This document shows, piece by piece, positions 41,973 through 49,842 of a stretch of 64,000 nucleotides of DNA (the stretch's first letter is position 1; each line of letters begins with the position of its first letter). This DNA comes from Candidatus Sumerlaeia bacterium (GTDB lineage Bacteria; Sumerlaeota; Sumerlaeia; SLMS01; JANRJK01). The position numbers and the translations under genes are program-made. Location of the stretch: assembly GCA_033764015.1 (NCBI GenBank), contig JANRJK010000013.1, positions 256,001 to 320,000 on the forward strand, written 5' to 3'. The notes under the pieces are model-generated. The model made no database searches. It was not told the origin of the DNA and was given only the letters and a program-made list of their open reading frames with translations.

Positions 41973-43685
41973 ATGCGCCTCCGCAACGCCGCCGCCACCA
42001 CCGCCGCGCTCGCCGCCGCCGCACTCCTGCACGCCGGAGGGCCCGTCAAGGTCGCCGAACTCTCCGAACCGCTCGTCGTGCGCGAGACGCTGCTCACCGA
42101 AGGCGGCGACCTCTTCCTCCGCTTCGACGGCGGCGGACTCGCCGGCGCCGTGGGCGTGTTCCGCCAAGGCGCGCCCGACGCCATCGAGCTCATCGTGCAG
42201 GATCAGGACCCCCTCCCGACCGGTGGCGAAGTGCTCGGCTTCCCGCCCGGGCGCGTGATGGCGCCCCTCCTCAATGACGACGGCGTGCTGGTCAACGTCT
42301 CCTTCGATCCCGGCACCGGCACCGCGGGTCAAGGCGCCCTCGCATTCAGCAACTTCGGCGAGATCAAGGCGTTCCTCAACGGGGACACCGCCTTCGCGGA
42401 CTCCGCCCGCAAGCGCCTCCGGGCGAAGGCGGGCCGCGTCTCCGCGCGCGACACCTTCCAAGACCCGACGGCCTACGAGGTCGTCGGCGTCGCCGCCTCC
42501 TCTGACGGGACGCAGGGCGACGGTTTCTGGTGGAATAGCGCCGGCGGCACCGCGCTCCGCCCCGGCCTCAACCCGCCCCTCGCCGGTTCCCAGATCGAAC
42601 AGGACAACCGCACCTTCTCGATCCTGCCGCTGAGCGACGACCTCTCCTGGTTTTCGTTCATCCGCAACTACCAGGGCGTCGGCGCACCGAACGGCTCCGG
42701 CCCCGCCGGTGCCGCCTTGGACCTCGTGTCGCTCACCCGCGGGGGCACCCCCTCGCTCGAGCGCATCGGCCCGGGCGAGGCCATCGACGAGGCTTCGACG
42801 GTACGCGTTGTGCCGGACGGCTCCACCTCGTCGCTCTGGCCGACACCTCCCGTCTCCGTCGAGCCGCTCGGCCCGCAACTGGTGGGCGCGCTGAACTTCG
42901 TCCCGGTCGGAGCGCTTCCCGAGGTCGCCGCGGTCACGGTGGCCTCGTCCGCTTTCTTCGGGGCCTACGAGGCGGACGCGGCGTGCGACTGCGCGTTGGT
43001 CTGGTCGCTCGGGCTGCCGGCAGAGGAACTCCTCGCGCGCTTCACGCGCTGCTTCGCGGAACCGGTCAACTGCGACGGGGCGGACTACAACGGCGACGGG
43101 TTCACCAGCCTCGAAGACCTTCGCGTGCTGGACGCCTGCGTTCGCGAGGCGATCTCGAATGGCCCCGCCCGCGGGCAGGACCTTGATTCCCGACTCTCCA
43201 ACCCGGCCCTTGGCGCGGTCCTGTTTCTCCCGGGCCGCCCTGCGCCCCTGTTCCCCGGCTTTACAGTGACCGGGTTCAAGACGGTCGCCGCTGGCCACAA
43301 CATCTTGCTCGCGAGCGTCCTGGTAAGCAGCGGCGCGCAACAACGCGAGATCCTGTACATCGCCGACTCGCAGCGGCTGCGCCTCGTCGCTGTGACCGGG
43401 CAGAACTTCGGGGACGGCGAAATCACCGGCTTCGGCGACGGCACCGACGGGCAGTTCTCCAACATCCTCCCCGACGGCTCCTTCGCGTTCACCGCCCAGG
43501 TAGTTGGCACCGGCGCCTTCGTCTACCGGGTCAGCGGATCGCCGCTGCCGACCCTCTTGCCCGGGGAGATCGCCCGCTTCATCGCGGGCCGCGAGTCCTA
43601 CCGCTCCACGTCGAGTTACGACGTCTCCTCTCCGGCAGTCGTGGACGCCTCTGACGTGGTGGGATTAGTCGCGTCGGGACGGTAG
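41973..43685 (+). CDS. Secreted hypothetical beta-rich protein with dockerin/EF-hand-like motifs
   Basis: Signal peptide MRLRNAAATTAALAAAALLHA; DYNGDGFTSLEDL and C-terminal YDVSSPAVVDASDVV; NxxGxx(A)F-like repeats. Confidence 0.65.
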   Translation: MRLRNAAATTAALAAAALLHAGGPVKVAELSEPLVVRETLLTEGGDLFLRFDGGGLAGAVGVFRQGAPDAIELIVQDQDPLPTGGEVLGFPPGRVMAPLLNDDGVLVNVSFDPGTGTAGQGALAFSNFGEIKAFLNGDTAFADSARKRLRAKAGRVSARDTFQDPTAYEVVGVAASSDGTQGDGFWWNSAGGTALRPGLNPPLAGSQIEQDNRTFSILPLSDDLSWFSFIRNYQGVGAPNGSGPAGAALDLVSLTRGGTPSLERIGPGEAIDEASTVRVVPDGSTSSLWPTPPVSVEPLGPQLVGALNFVPVGALPEVAAVTVASSAFFGAYEADAACDCALVWSLGLPAEELLARFTRCFAEPVNCDGADYNGDGFTSLEDLRVLDACVREAISNGPARGQDLDSRLSNPALGAVLFLPGRPAPLFPGFTVTGFKTVAAGHNILLASVLVSSGAQQREILYIADSQRLRLVAVTGQNFGDGEITGFGDGTDGQFSNILPDGSFAFTAQVVGTGAFVYRVSGSPLPTLLPGEIARFIAGRESYRSTSSYDVSSPAVVDASDVVGLVASGR

Positions 43686-43694
43686 ATGTGAAGA

Positions 43695-43720
43695 GGGCGG
43701 GAAGGTCTACCTTCCCGCCC
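43695..43720. terminator. Hairpin between convergent genes
   Basis: GGGCGGGAAGGT-ct-ACCTTCCCGCCC inverted repeat. Confidence 0.6.
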
Positions 43721-43755
43721 AGCGGTTCGATCAGTCGTGAGTCCGGCGTAGCGGA

Positions 43756-46155
43756 TTACCCCCGCCGCTTCAACCTCGCCGCGTAGAACCCATCGGTCCC
43801 TTGCCGGTGCGGGTACAGGACGAGGTCGCCCTCGCGGTCCAGCACCTTCGCGGCGGTCTCGGCGCCGAGCGCCGCCGCCGCGCCTTCCGGGTCGCGCTCG
43901 AACCCGTCGTTGCGGGCGAGGAACGCCTCGATCTGCGCCTTGTTCTCGTCGTTGAAGAGCGAGCAGGTCGCATACACCAGCACGCCCCCCGGCTTCACCA
44001 GCGGCGCCCAGCGGTCCAGGAGGCCCGCCTGCGTACGGAGGAACTCGGGCAGGTCGTTCTGCTGCAGCCGCCACCGGCGGTCCGGCGAGCGCCGCAGCGT
44101 CCCGCTGCCGCTGCACGGGGCGTCGAGCAGCACAATGTCCGCCGAACCCGCCTCGCCGAACGGCTCGCTGGAGCCGAGCCGCTGCGGTTCGACGATGGTC
44201 ACCGCGGCGCGCTCGACGCGCTTGTGGAGCGCCGCGAGCCGCCGTTCGTCGATGTCGCAGGCCAGCACGGTGCCGGTGTTCTCCATGCGCTCCGCGAGGT
44301 ACAGCGTCTTGCCCCCCGCGCCCGCGCACGCATCCACCACGCGCATCCCGGGGGCCGCGCCGCAGAACAGCACCGCGAGCTGGCTCGCTTCGTCCTGGAA
44401 CTCGAACCAGCCCTCGTTGAAGTACGGCACGCTCGGCGTCGCCACGCGCCCCGGCAGGATGATGCCCTGCGGAGCGAGCGGCGCCGGCTGCGCGTCGATG
44501 CCCGCCTCGCGCAGCGAGGAGAGCGACAGCTCCAGGTCGGTCGCGAGCGAGTTGAACCGCAGCGTGATCGGCGCCGGCTCGTTGAGCGAGCGCCCGAGCG
44601 GCATCCACTCCGCCTTCGGCAGGCCGAAGCCCAGCATCCCCCACATCCAGCCGGGGAACGAGAACGTGCGGTCCGCCAGCGAAGGCGAATCGTTGTCGCC
44701 CAGCTCGCGCATCTTGTCCACCGCGCTCTCCAGCAGGTGGCCGAGCAGTTGCACGGAAACCTGCTCGTAGAAGCGGTCCTGCCCAAGGCGCTCGTACTCA
44801 ACCGCGACACGGCCGAGGTTGTTCGACGCCTCCTCCCGGAAGCGCTCCGCGGAGGCCAGGCCGAACCGCATCAGGTCCATCCAGCGTCCGATCACGCTCG
44901 GCTGCTCATCGCGCCCCGGCGTTGTCTCGTGCCAGCGCATCGCCGCCGACGGGTCGCTGACCGGGAACCCGATCTCGCGACGCTCCTCGGCGATGAACTT
45001 GCCGGTGAACGCCATCTGGATCGCTTCGTCGATCCGCCGGTGGTGGCGCATCAGGTGGTAGAACGTCTCCGCGATGAACCGCCGGTCGTGCGACCCCAGC
45101 GTGCGCCGCTCGAAGAAGAAGCTGCTCAGCGCGCGGTCCGCCGGCAGGTCGCCGTCGCGGACGCGCCGTAGCACCTGCGCGCCGTGGAACAGCAGCGACG
45201 CCTGGCTCGGACGCGAGCCGCCCTCCTCCGCGCGCGGATTCTCGGCGCCCTCGGGCGCTCCCTCGCGGCGCTCGAAGCGCGCGGGGCGGTCGCCGCCTCC
45301 GGGGTCCTCGGCCCGGCGGAAACCGAACTTCTGGAACGGCTTCCGGAACGGGCGCGATTCGCCCCCCTCCTCGCGGTGCCCGCGGAATTCGCGCGGCCTT
45401 TCGAAGCCCCCCGCATCGCTGCGGAACGGCTTCCTCGGAGCATACCCGCCCCGTTCGCCGCCGCGGTCGCCGCCGCCGAAGCGCGGACGCTCCCCGCGGT
45501 TGAACGGGCGCCGCTCGCCGTCGCCGCCCTCGGGACGGCGGAAGCCGCCACCCTCCGGCTTGCCGAACGGCTTGCGATAGGGACGCGGGCTGTCTCCGCC
45601 GCGGTCGCCGCCGCCGAAGCGCGGACGCTCCTCGCGGTTGAACGGGCGCCGCTCGCCGTCGCCGCCCTCGGGACGGCGGAAGCCGCCGCCCTCCGGCTTG
45701 CCGAACGGCTTGCGATAGGGACGCGGGCTGTCGCCGCCGCGGTCGCCGCCTCCGAAGCGGGGACGCTCCTCGCGGTTGAACGGGCGCCGCTCGCCGTCGC
45801 CACCCTCGGGACGGCGGAAGCCGCCACCCTCCGGCTTGCCGAACGGCTTGCGGAAGGGGGGGCGCGGGGCGTCGCCGCTGCTCGGGCCGCGACGCTCGCC
45901 GTCGAACTTGGAGCGGAACCGCGGCGGCCCCCCTTCGCGCCGATCACCGCCGCCGGCGGGGCGCTCTCCGCTCGCGGGACGCGTCTCGTCCTCGCGGCGC
46001 TTGAACGGATAGGGGCCGCGCGGGGCCTCGCCCTCGCGCTTGAAGGGGCGCTTGCCCCCTTCGCGGGCCTTGAAGCCGCCGAACTGCGGGCGCTTCTCGA
46101 ACTTGCGGAACGGCTTGCCGCCGGTGCGGCGTTCCTGGTCGTCGGACTCGGACAT
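43756..46155 (-). CDS. RsmB/NOP (Sun/Fmu) family RNA m5C methyltransferase with a long disordered N-terminus
   Basis: FQDEASQL, DACAGAGGKT, DAPCSGSG, YATCSL; about 320 N-terminal aa are R/G/F/E-rich. Confidence 0.88.
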   Translation of the reverse strand: MSESDDQERRTGGKPFRKFEKRPQFGGFKAREGGKRPFKREGEAPRGPYPFKRREDETRPASGERPAGGGDRREGGPPRFRSKFDGERRGPSSGDAPRPPFRKPFGKPEGGGFRRPEGGDGERRPFNREERPRFGGGDRGGDSPRPYRKPFGKPEGGGFRRPEGGDGERRPFNREERPRFGGGDRGGDSPRPYRKPFGKPEGGGFRRPEGGDGERRPFNRGERPRFGGGDRGGERGGYAPRKPFRSDAGGFERPREFRGHREEGGESRPFRKPFQKFGFRRAEDPGGGDRPARFERREGAPEGAENPRAEEGGSRPSQASLLFHGAQVLRRVRDGDLPADRALSSFFFERRTLGSHDRRFIAETFYHLMRHHRRIDEAIQMAFTGKFIAEERREIGFPVSDPSAAMRWHETTPGRDEQPSVIGRWMDLMRFGLASAERFREEASNNLGRVAVEYERLGQDRFYEQVSVQLLGHLLESAVDKMRELGDNDSPSLADRTFSFPGWMWGMLGFGLPKAEWMPLGRSLNEPAPITLRFNSLATDLELSLSSLREAGIDAQPAPLAPQGIILPGRVATPSVPYFNEGWFEFQDEASQLAVLFCGAAPGMRVVDACAGAGGKTLYLAERMENTGTVLACDIDERRLAALHKRVERAAVTIVEPQRLGSSEPFGEAGSADIVLLDAPCSGSGTLRRSPDRRWRLQQNDLPEFLRTQAGLLDRWAPLVKPGGVLVYATCSLFNDENKAQIEAFLARNDGFERDPEGAAAALGAETAAKVLDREGDLVLYPHRQGTDGFYAARLKRRG
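45457..45853. repeat. About 3 tandem copies of a 138-bp (46-aa) in-frame repeat
   Basis: GCGGTCGCCGCC recurs at 45463, 45601 and 45739; the unit encodes RKPFGKPEGGGFRRPEGGDGERRPFNREERPRFGGGDRGGDSPRPY. Confidence 0.92.
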
Positions 46156-46231
46156 GGTGCCTTGTGGCTTTCTTGCTGGGTGCGTTGTCGATGGTGGCAC
46201 CGGGCGGATCGTCAGCCCGCCGACGCGTTGT

Positions 46232-47506
46232 TCAGGTCACCGTCGCGGACGGTGCCATGGGGAATGCGCGCCAAGTTCCACCCGCCATAATGCGGTCAAG
46301 GCGCGCGGCCGCTTCGACGATATCTTCGAAGCGGCTATAGATCGGGGCGATGCCAAACCGGACTAGATCCGGCGCCCGGAAATCGGGAACGACGCCGCCA
46401 GCCACGAGCGCTTGGCAAATCTGCCAAGCCGACGGATGGGCGAGCGACAAGTGCGAGCCATGCCGCCCCCGCGGCGTCGCGACACGGAACCCGTGCGCGG
46501 CGAGCTGGCCCTCCGCCAGCTCGCGAAGCAAGTCGAGCTGCCGCCGCGCTTTCGCCCAGAGCCGCTCGACCCCCGCTTCGAGCACCAGCCGCGCGCCTTC
46601 CTCCGCGGCGACCGCTGACAGGATCGGCGTCGTGCCCGCCAAGAACGCCGAGGCGCCCGGCGCCGGAGCGTAATCCATCTCCATTGCGAACGGCGCCCGG
46701 TGGCCGAACCACCCCGCCACCGGGTTGCGCAGCTCGCCAGCCACGTCGCCGCGTAGATACAGGAATGCGGGAGCGCCGGGCCCGCCGTTCAAGTACTTGT
46801 ATGTGCAGCCCACCGCCGCCTCGACGCCGTCGCCTGCGCAGTCGATCGGCACCGCGCCCGCTGAATGCGAAAAGTCCCACACCACGCGCACGCCCTGCGC
46901 CCGGGCCGCCGCGTTCACCTGCGCGAGATCGAGCCGCAGGCCGCTCTTGAACGCCACGTGCGATAGCACCGCGACCGCGGGCCGCGCGGCGAACGCCTCG
47001 GCAAGCCGCGCCTCCGCCTCGTCCGGCGCCGCGCCGTCCAGCGACACGCGCTCGACCCGCCAGCCGCCGCCGAGCAGCCCCGCCACGCCCTGCGCGATGT
47101 AGTGGTCGGAAGGGAAGTTCGTCGTCTCGACCAGGATCGTCCGCCTCTCCGGCGGCGCCGCTTGGGCGAAGGCGCCGAGCAGCTTGAACAAGTTCACCGA
47201 CACCGAATCGCACAGGACCACTTCGTCCGCGCGGGCGCCGATCAGCTCCGCGACCACGGCGCCGGCGCGGCGCGAAAGCTCCCACCAGCCCGCATTCCAG
47301 CCGCCGATCAGGCGGGCGCCCCACTCGCCGCGCGCGACCTCCGCGAGGCGGTCCGCTGTGCGCTTCGGCAGCCGCCCCAGCGAGTTGCCGTCGAGGTACA
47401 CCAGCGACGGATCGTCGATCACGAACTCGTCGCGGAAGCGGGCCAGCTCGTCCGCCGCGTCCAGCTCCGCCGCGCGCTCGCGGTACGGCGAGAAGGCGTC
47501 GCTCAC
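46232..47506 (-). CDS. kynU: Kynureninase
   Basis: YLDGNSLG, WDFSHSAGA, GCTYKYLNGGPG (PLP lysine), GWFGH, DFR.P..RFG. Confidence 0.93.
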   Translation of the reverse strand: MSDAFSPYRERAAELDAADELARFRDEFVIDDPSLVYLDGNSLGRLPKRTADRLAEVARGEWGARLIGGWNAGWWELSRRAGAVVAELIGARADEVVLCDSVSVNLFKLLGAFAQAAPPERRTILVETTNFPSDHYIAQGVAGLLGGGWRVERVSLDGAAPDEAEARLAEAFAARPAVAVLSHVAFKSGLRLDLAQVNAAARAQGVRVVWDFSHSAGAVPIDCAGDGVEAAVGCTYKYLNGGPGAPAFLYLRGDVAGELRNPVAGWFGHRAPFAMEMDYAPAPGASAFLAGTTPILSAVAAEEGARLVLEAGVERLWAKARRQLDLLRELAEGQLAAHGFRVATPRGRHGSHLSLAHPSAWQICQALVAGGVVPDFRAPDLVRFGIAPIYSRFEDIVEAAARLDRIMAGGTWRAFPMAPSATVT

Positions 47507-48159
47507 GGGGCGGAGAGCTCGCGGAGCACCGCGCGCACCGGGCTGGCGTCGAAGCCGACAAGCCGCAGCGGCAGTGCGATCAACTCGTAGTCGCCGACGG
47601 GAACGCCTTCCAGCACAAGCCCCTCGAGGTTCATCAGCCCGTGCGCCGCGAGGCGCCCATGGCTCAGCAGGGCGGCATCGTTAAGCGGATCGACCGAGGG
47701 CGTGTCGATGCCGACCAGCACTGCGCCGCGCGCCGCCAGCAGGTCGATCGCCTCGGGCGAGAAACTCGCGAAGTCGTCCGAGTACGGCGTGCCGGGCGCA
47801 TAGGTACCGGTGGCGACGAGCACGCGCGGCGGCATCGCGTCGAGGTGCGGGGCGAGCGCCTCCGCCGGAATGCGCCGCTGGGGGCCGAGCTGCTCGGGCG
47901 CCACGCGCACCACGCGCGCGGGACCAAGGAAGGCATCGAGCGGGCATTCGTCCATCGCCCGCCCGTCCGCGCGGTAATGCAGCGGCGCGTCCGCGTGCGC
48001 GCCGAGGTGAACGGTCGAGCGCAGGCTCGAAAGGTTCACCGTCGCGCCGGCGTCGATGCGGCAAAGCCACTGCTGCGAGGGCGCCTCGTCGCCGGGCCAG
48101 ACGGCGAACCCGGGCGCGATGGCCGGCGTGATGTCGTGCAGGCGGGACAGCGGGGTCAC
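47503..48159 (-). CDS. kynB: Kynurenine formamidase (cyclase family)
   Basis: HLGAHADAPLH, GIDTPSVD, LEGL, DASPVRAVL; GTGA overlap with kynU. Confidence 0.88.
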   Translation of the reverse strand: MTPLSRLHDITPAIAPGFAVWPGDEAPSQQWLCRIDAGATVNLSSLRSTVHLGAHADAPLHYRADGRAMDECPLDAFLGPARVVRVAPEQLGPQRRIPAEALAPHLDAMPPRVLVATGTYAPGTPYSDDFASFSPEAIDLLAARGAVLVGIDTPSVDPLNDAALLSHGRLAAHGLMNLEGLVLEGVPVGDYELIALPLRLVGFDASPVRAVLRELSAP

Positions 48160-48176
48160 CTCGGGTGGCGGGGCAC

Positions 48177-48203
48177 AAAAACGGCCCCCTTTCGCAGGGG
48201 GCG
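48177..48203 (-). terminator. Intrinsic terminator downstream of tRNA-Ser
   Basis: Minus strand GCCCCCT-GCGAA-AGGGGGC followed by CGTTTTT. Confidence 0.75.
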
Positions 48204-48228
48204 CCGCCGGGAGCGGGGAAAATTGGGG

Positions 48229-48322
48229 TGGCGGAGAGAGGGGGATTCGAACCCCCGATACCGGAATTCACCAGTATAACGGTTTAGCAAACCGCCGCCT
48301 TCAGCCACTCGGCCATCTCTCC
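48229..48322 (-). tRNA. tRNA-Ser (anticodon GCT)
   Basis: GGAGAGATGGCCGAGTGGCTGAAGGCGGCGGTTTGCTAAACCG...long variable arm...GGTTCGAATCCCCCTCTCTCCGCCA; CCA is encoded. Confidence 0.97.
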
Positions 48323-48437
48323 ACGCGGCAAGCGGGCATTGACGGCCACGCCGCGGGGCGAGTCAACCCATTGTTGGCGAAAATCGACGCCGAGCCGGGG
48401 GGCGCTCACGGCGCGGGGGTCGGGGTGGCCTGCGCCT

Positions 48438-49820
48438 CTAAACCCACTTCACCATCCCGGGGTATCCCTTAGGCTCAGCCACCTGTGGCAGCACCTTGCC
48501 GGGAGGTGGGTCAACGATCGGCGTTATCTGCGACCGCCGGACCAGTCCGTAAGCCACCGCCATGCGCGAAAACGGCGCTGCACTTTCAGGCCCCGCCCAT
48601 CGTCCAGTTGGGGGAACTGGAAGAGAACTTACGGAGTAACTTCCTTTGGCGGCAGGTTGGGCGTGCCAAGGCACTGAAAGTCTCTGCTTGAGCGTGTTGT
48701 TTCCACCTGCTCCCCCCAAGCAGAAGATGCGAGGTGGAGGGATGAAGTCTGGCGCCCAATGATCTAGATTCCAATTCTTCTTTGCCCTCAGATTTCCATA
48801 TGCTGCCTGCCAAAGCTGGTCCGAACTTCCCTTTAATTTCTGCAAGAGCAGATTAAATTCAACGTTTGCGGGCGAATTGTCACTCTGAAGCTGACCTTTA
48901 ATGAAGTCCTCTCTTCGATCCCAAGGCTTGGCAACATCTAGCGGTTGTAATGCCTTGATCTCTACAGACTTCATTCCGCATGGGATGCTCTCACTGCAGC
49001 ACTTAAACCCTTCCAATGTGCCGTTCGAACTGCGCCAGAGGGCAATGATCGAGATATCTGTGGTTGACGCTCCAATGTCGTAAATGCTATGAACTCCTAG
49101 GAAGTCCGATCCCTGCGCTGGCAAAGCGACTGGGCCCGCATTCAACTCTTCAGTATAGCTACAGAGGTGGGCCTCTGCCTCAGGAGACAGAAACCACCTT
49201 AACTGCTTATCTGAAAATGCAGTTTGGTTCCAAGCAATTTTCTCAAGATCCGAGTATGAGATGTTGCAGAAGCATGAGTTTGGATCGGTGAGGAGTGCCT
49301 GTCTAGACTCGGGTGACAAGAGTGTCTGAGCGACGACCAGTGCCTTCTGGAAGTGGTCCTTGAGGACGCCTGATCCGTACGGGTCACTCGGGAAACATAC
49401 GAAGTGATAGAAGTCAGCCGTCGCGAGCGACTCGTTCTGCCTCACAATATGTCGCCGCGCGATTTGGGCTACCGAGGCCAAGAAGAATCCACAAAAGACA
49501 TGGCGAGGGGTTTGAGGCAACCCAGCGTTGCCCAGCACCTTAGCATTGGAGTCATCAACTGCAACATCCAGAAACTGTGCGTCGACTTCCGAAGCGAGCC
49601 AGGACTTTAAGTATTCGAGAGGAGGCTGGTTCATCGGTCCCAGCGCAGAACGCGTTCGTGCGAATACTTGGCCGCCGCAAAGCTGCAGTAGGGAGGGGAA
49701 GTACCAGTCCTGATCGTGACAGAAAAAGACTGGTGACACCTGCGGGTTGGGACCAGGAACAAAGTAGCACACCTTGGTCCTGCTTGTTCCCCAATCGATT
49801 CCAATGATGCAGTTGGCCAT
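48438..49820 (-). CDS. Hsp70/actin-fold (ASKHA) ATPase-domain protein
   Basis: IGIDWGTSRTKV (phosphate 1), PEAEA (connect 1), DIGASTTDIS (phosphate 2), LGGAG (adenosine), RMAVAYGL (connect 2); GAGGGG RBS; no DnaK substrate-binding domain. Confidence 0.8.
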   Translation of the reverse strand: MANCIIGIDWGTSRTKVCYFVPGPNPQVSPVFFCHDQDWYFPSLLQLCGGQVFARTRSALGPMNQPPLEYLKSWLASEVDAQFLDVAVDDSNAKVLGNAGLPQTPRHVFCGFFLASVAQIARRHIVRQNESLATADFYHFVCFPSDPYGSGVLKDHFQKALVVAQTLLSPESRQALLTDPNSCFCNISYSDLEKIAWNQTAFSDKQLRWFLSPEAEAHLCSYTEELNAGPVALPAQGSDFLGVHSIYDIGASTTDISIIALWRSSNGTLEGFKCCSESIPCGMKSVEIKALQPLDVAKPWDRREDFIKGQLQSDNSPANVEFNLLLQKLKGSSDQLWQAAYGNLRAKKNWNLDHWAPDFIPPPRIFCLGGAGGNNTLKQRLSVPWHAQPAAKGSYSVSSLPVPPTGRWAGPESAAPFSRMAVAYGLVRRSQITPIVDPPPGKVLPQVAEPKGYPGMVKWV

Positions 49821-49842
49821 GGCCGGCTTTCCCCTCTAGGCG

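Noticed and set aside
45457..45853. CRISPR-like array
   Set aside because: These are contiguous in-frame 138-bp coding repeats with no unique spacers and no cas genes.
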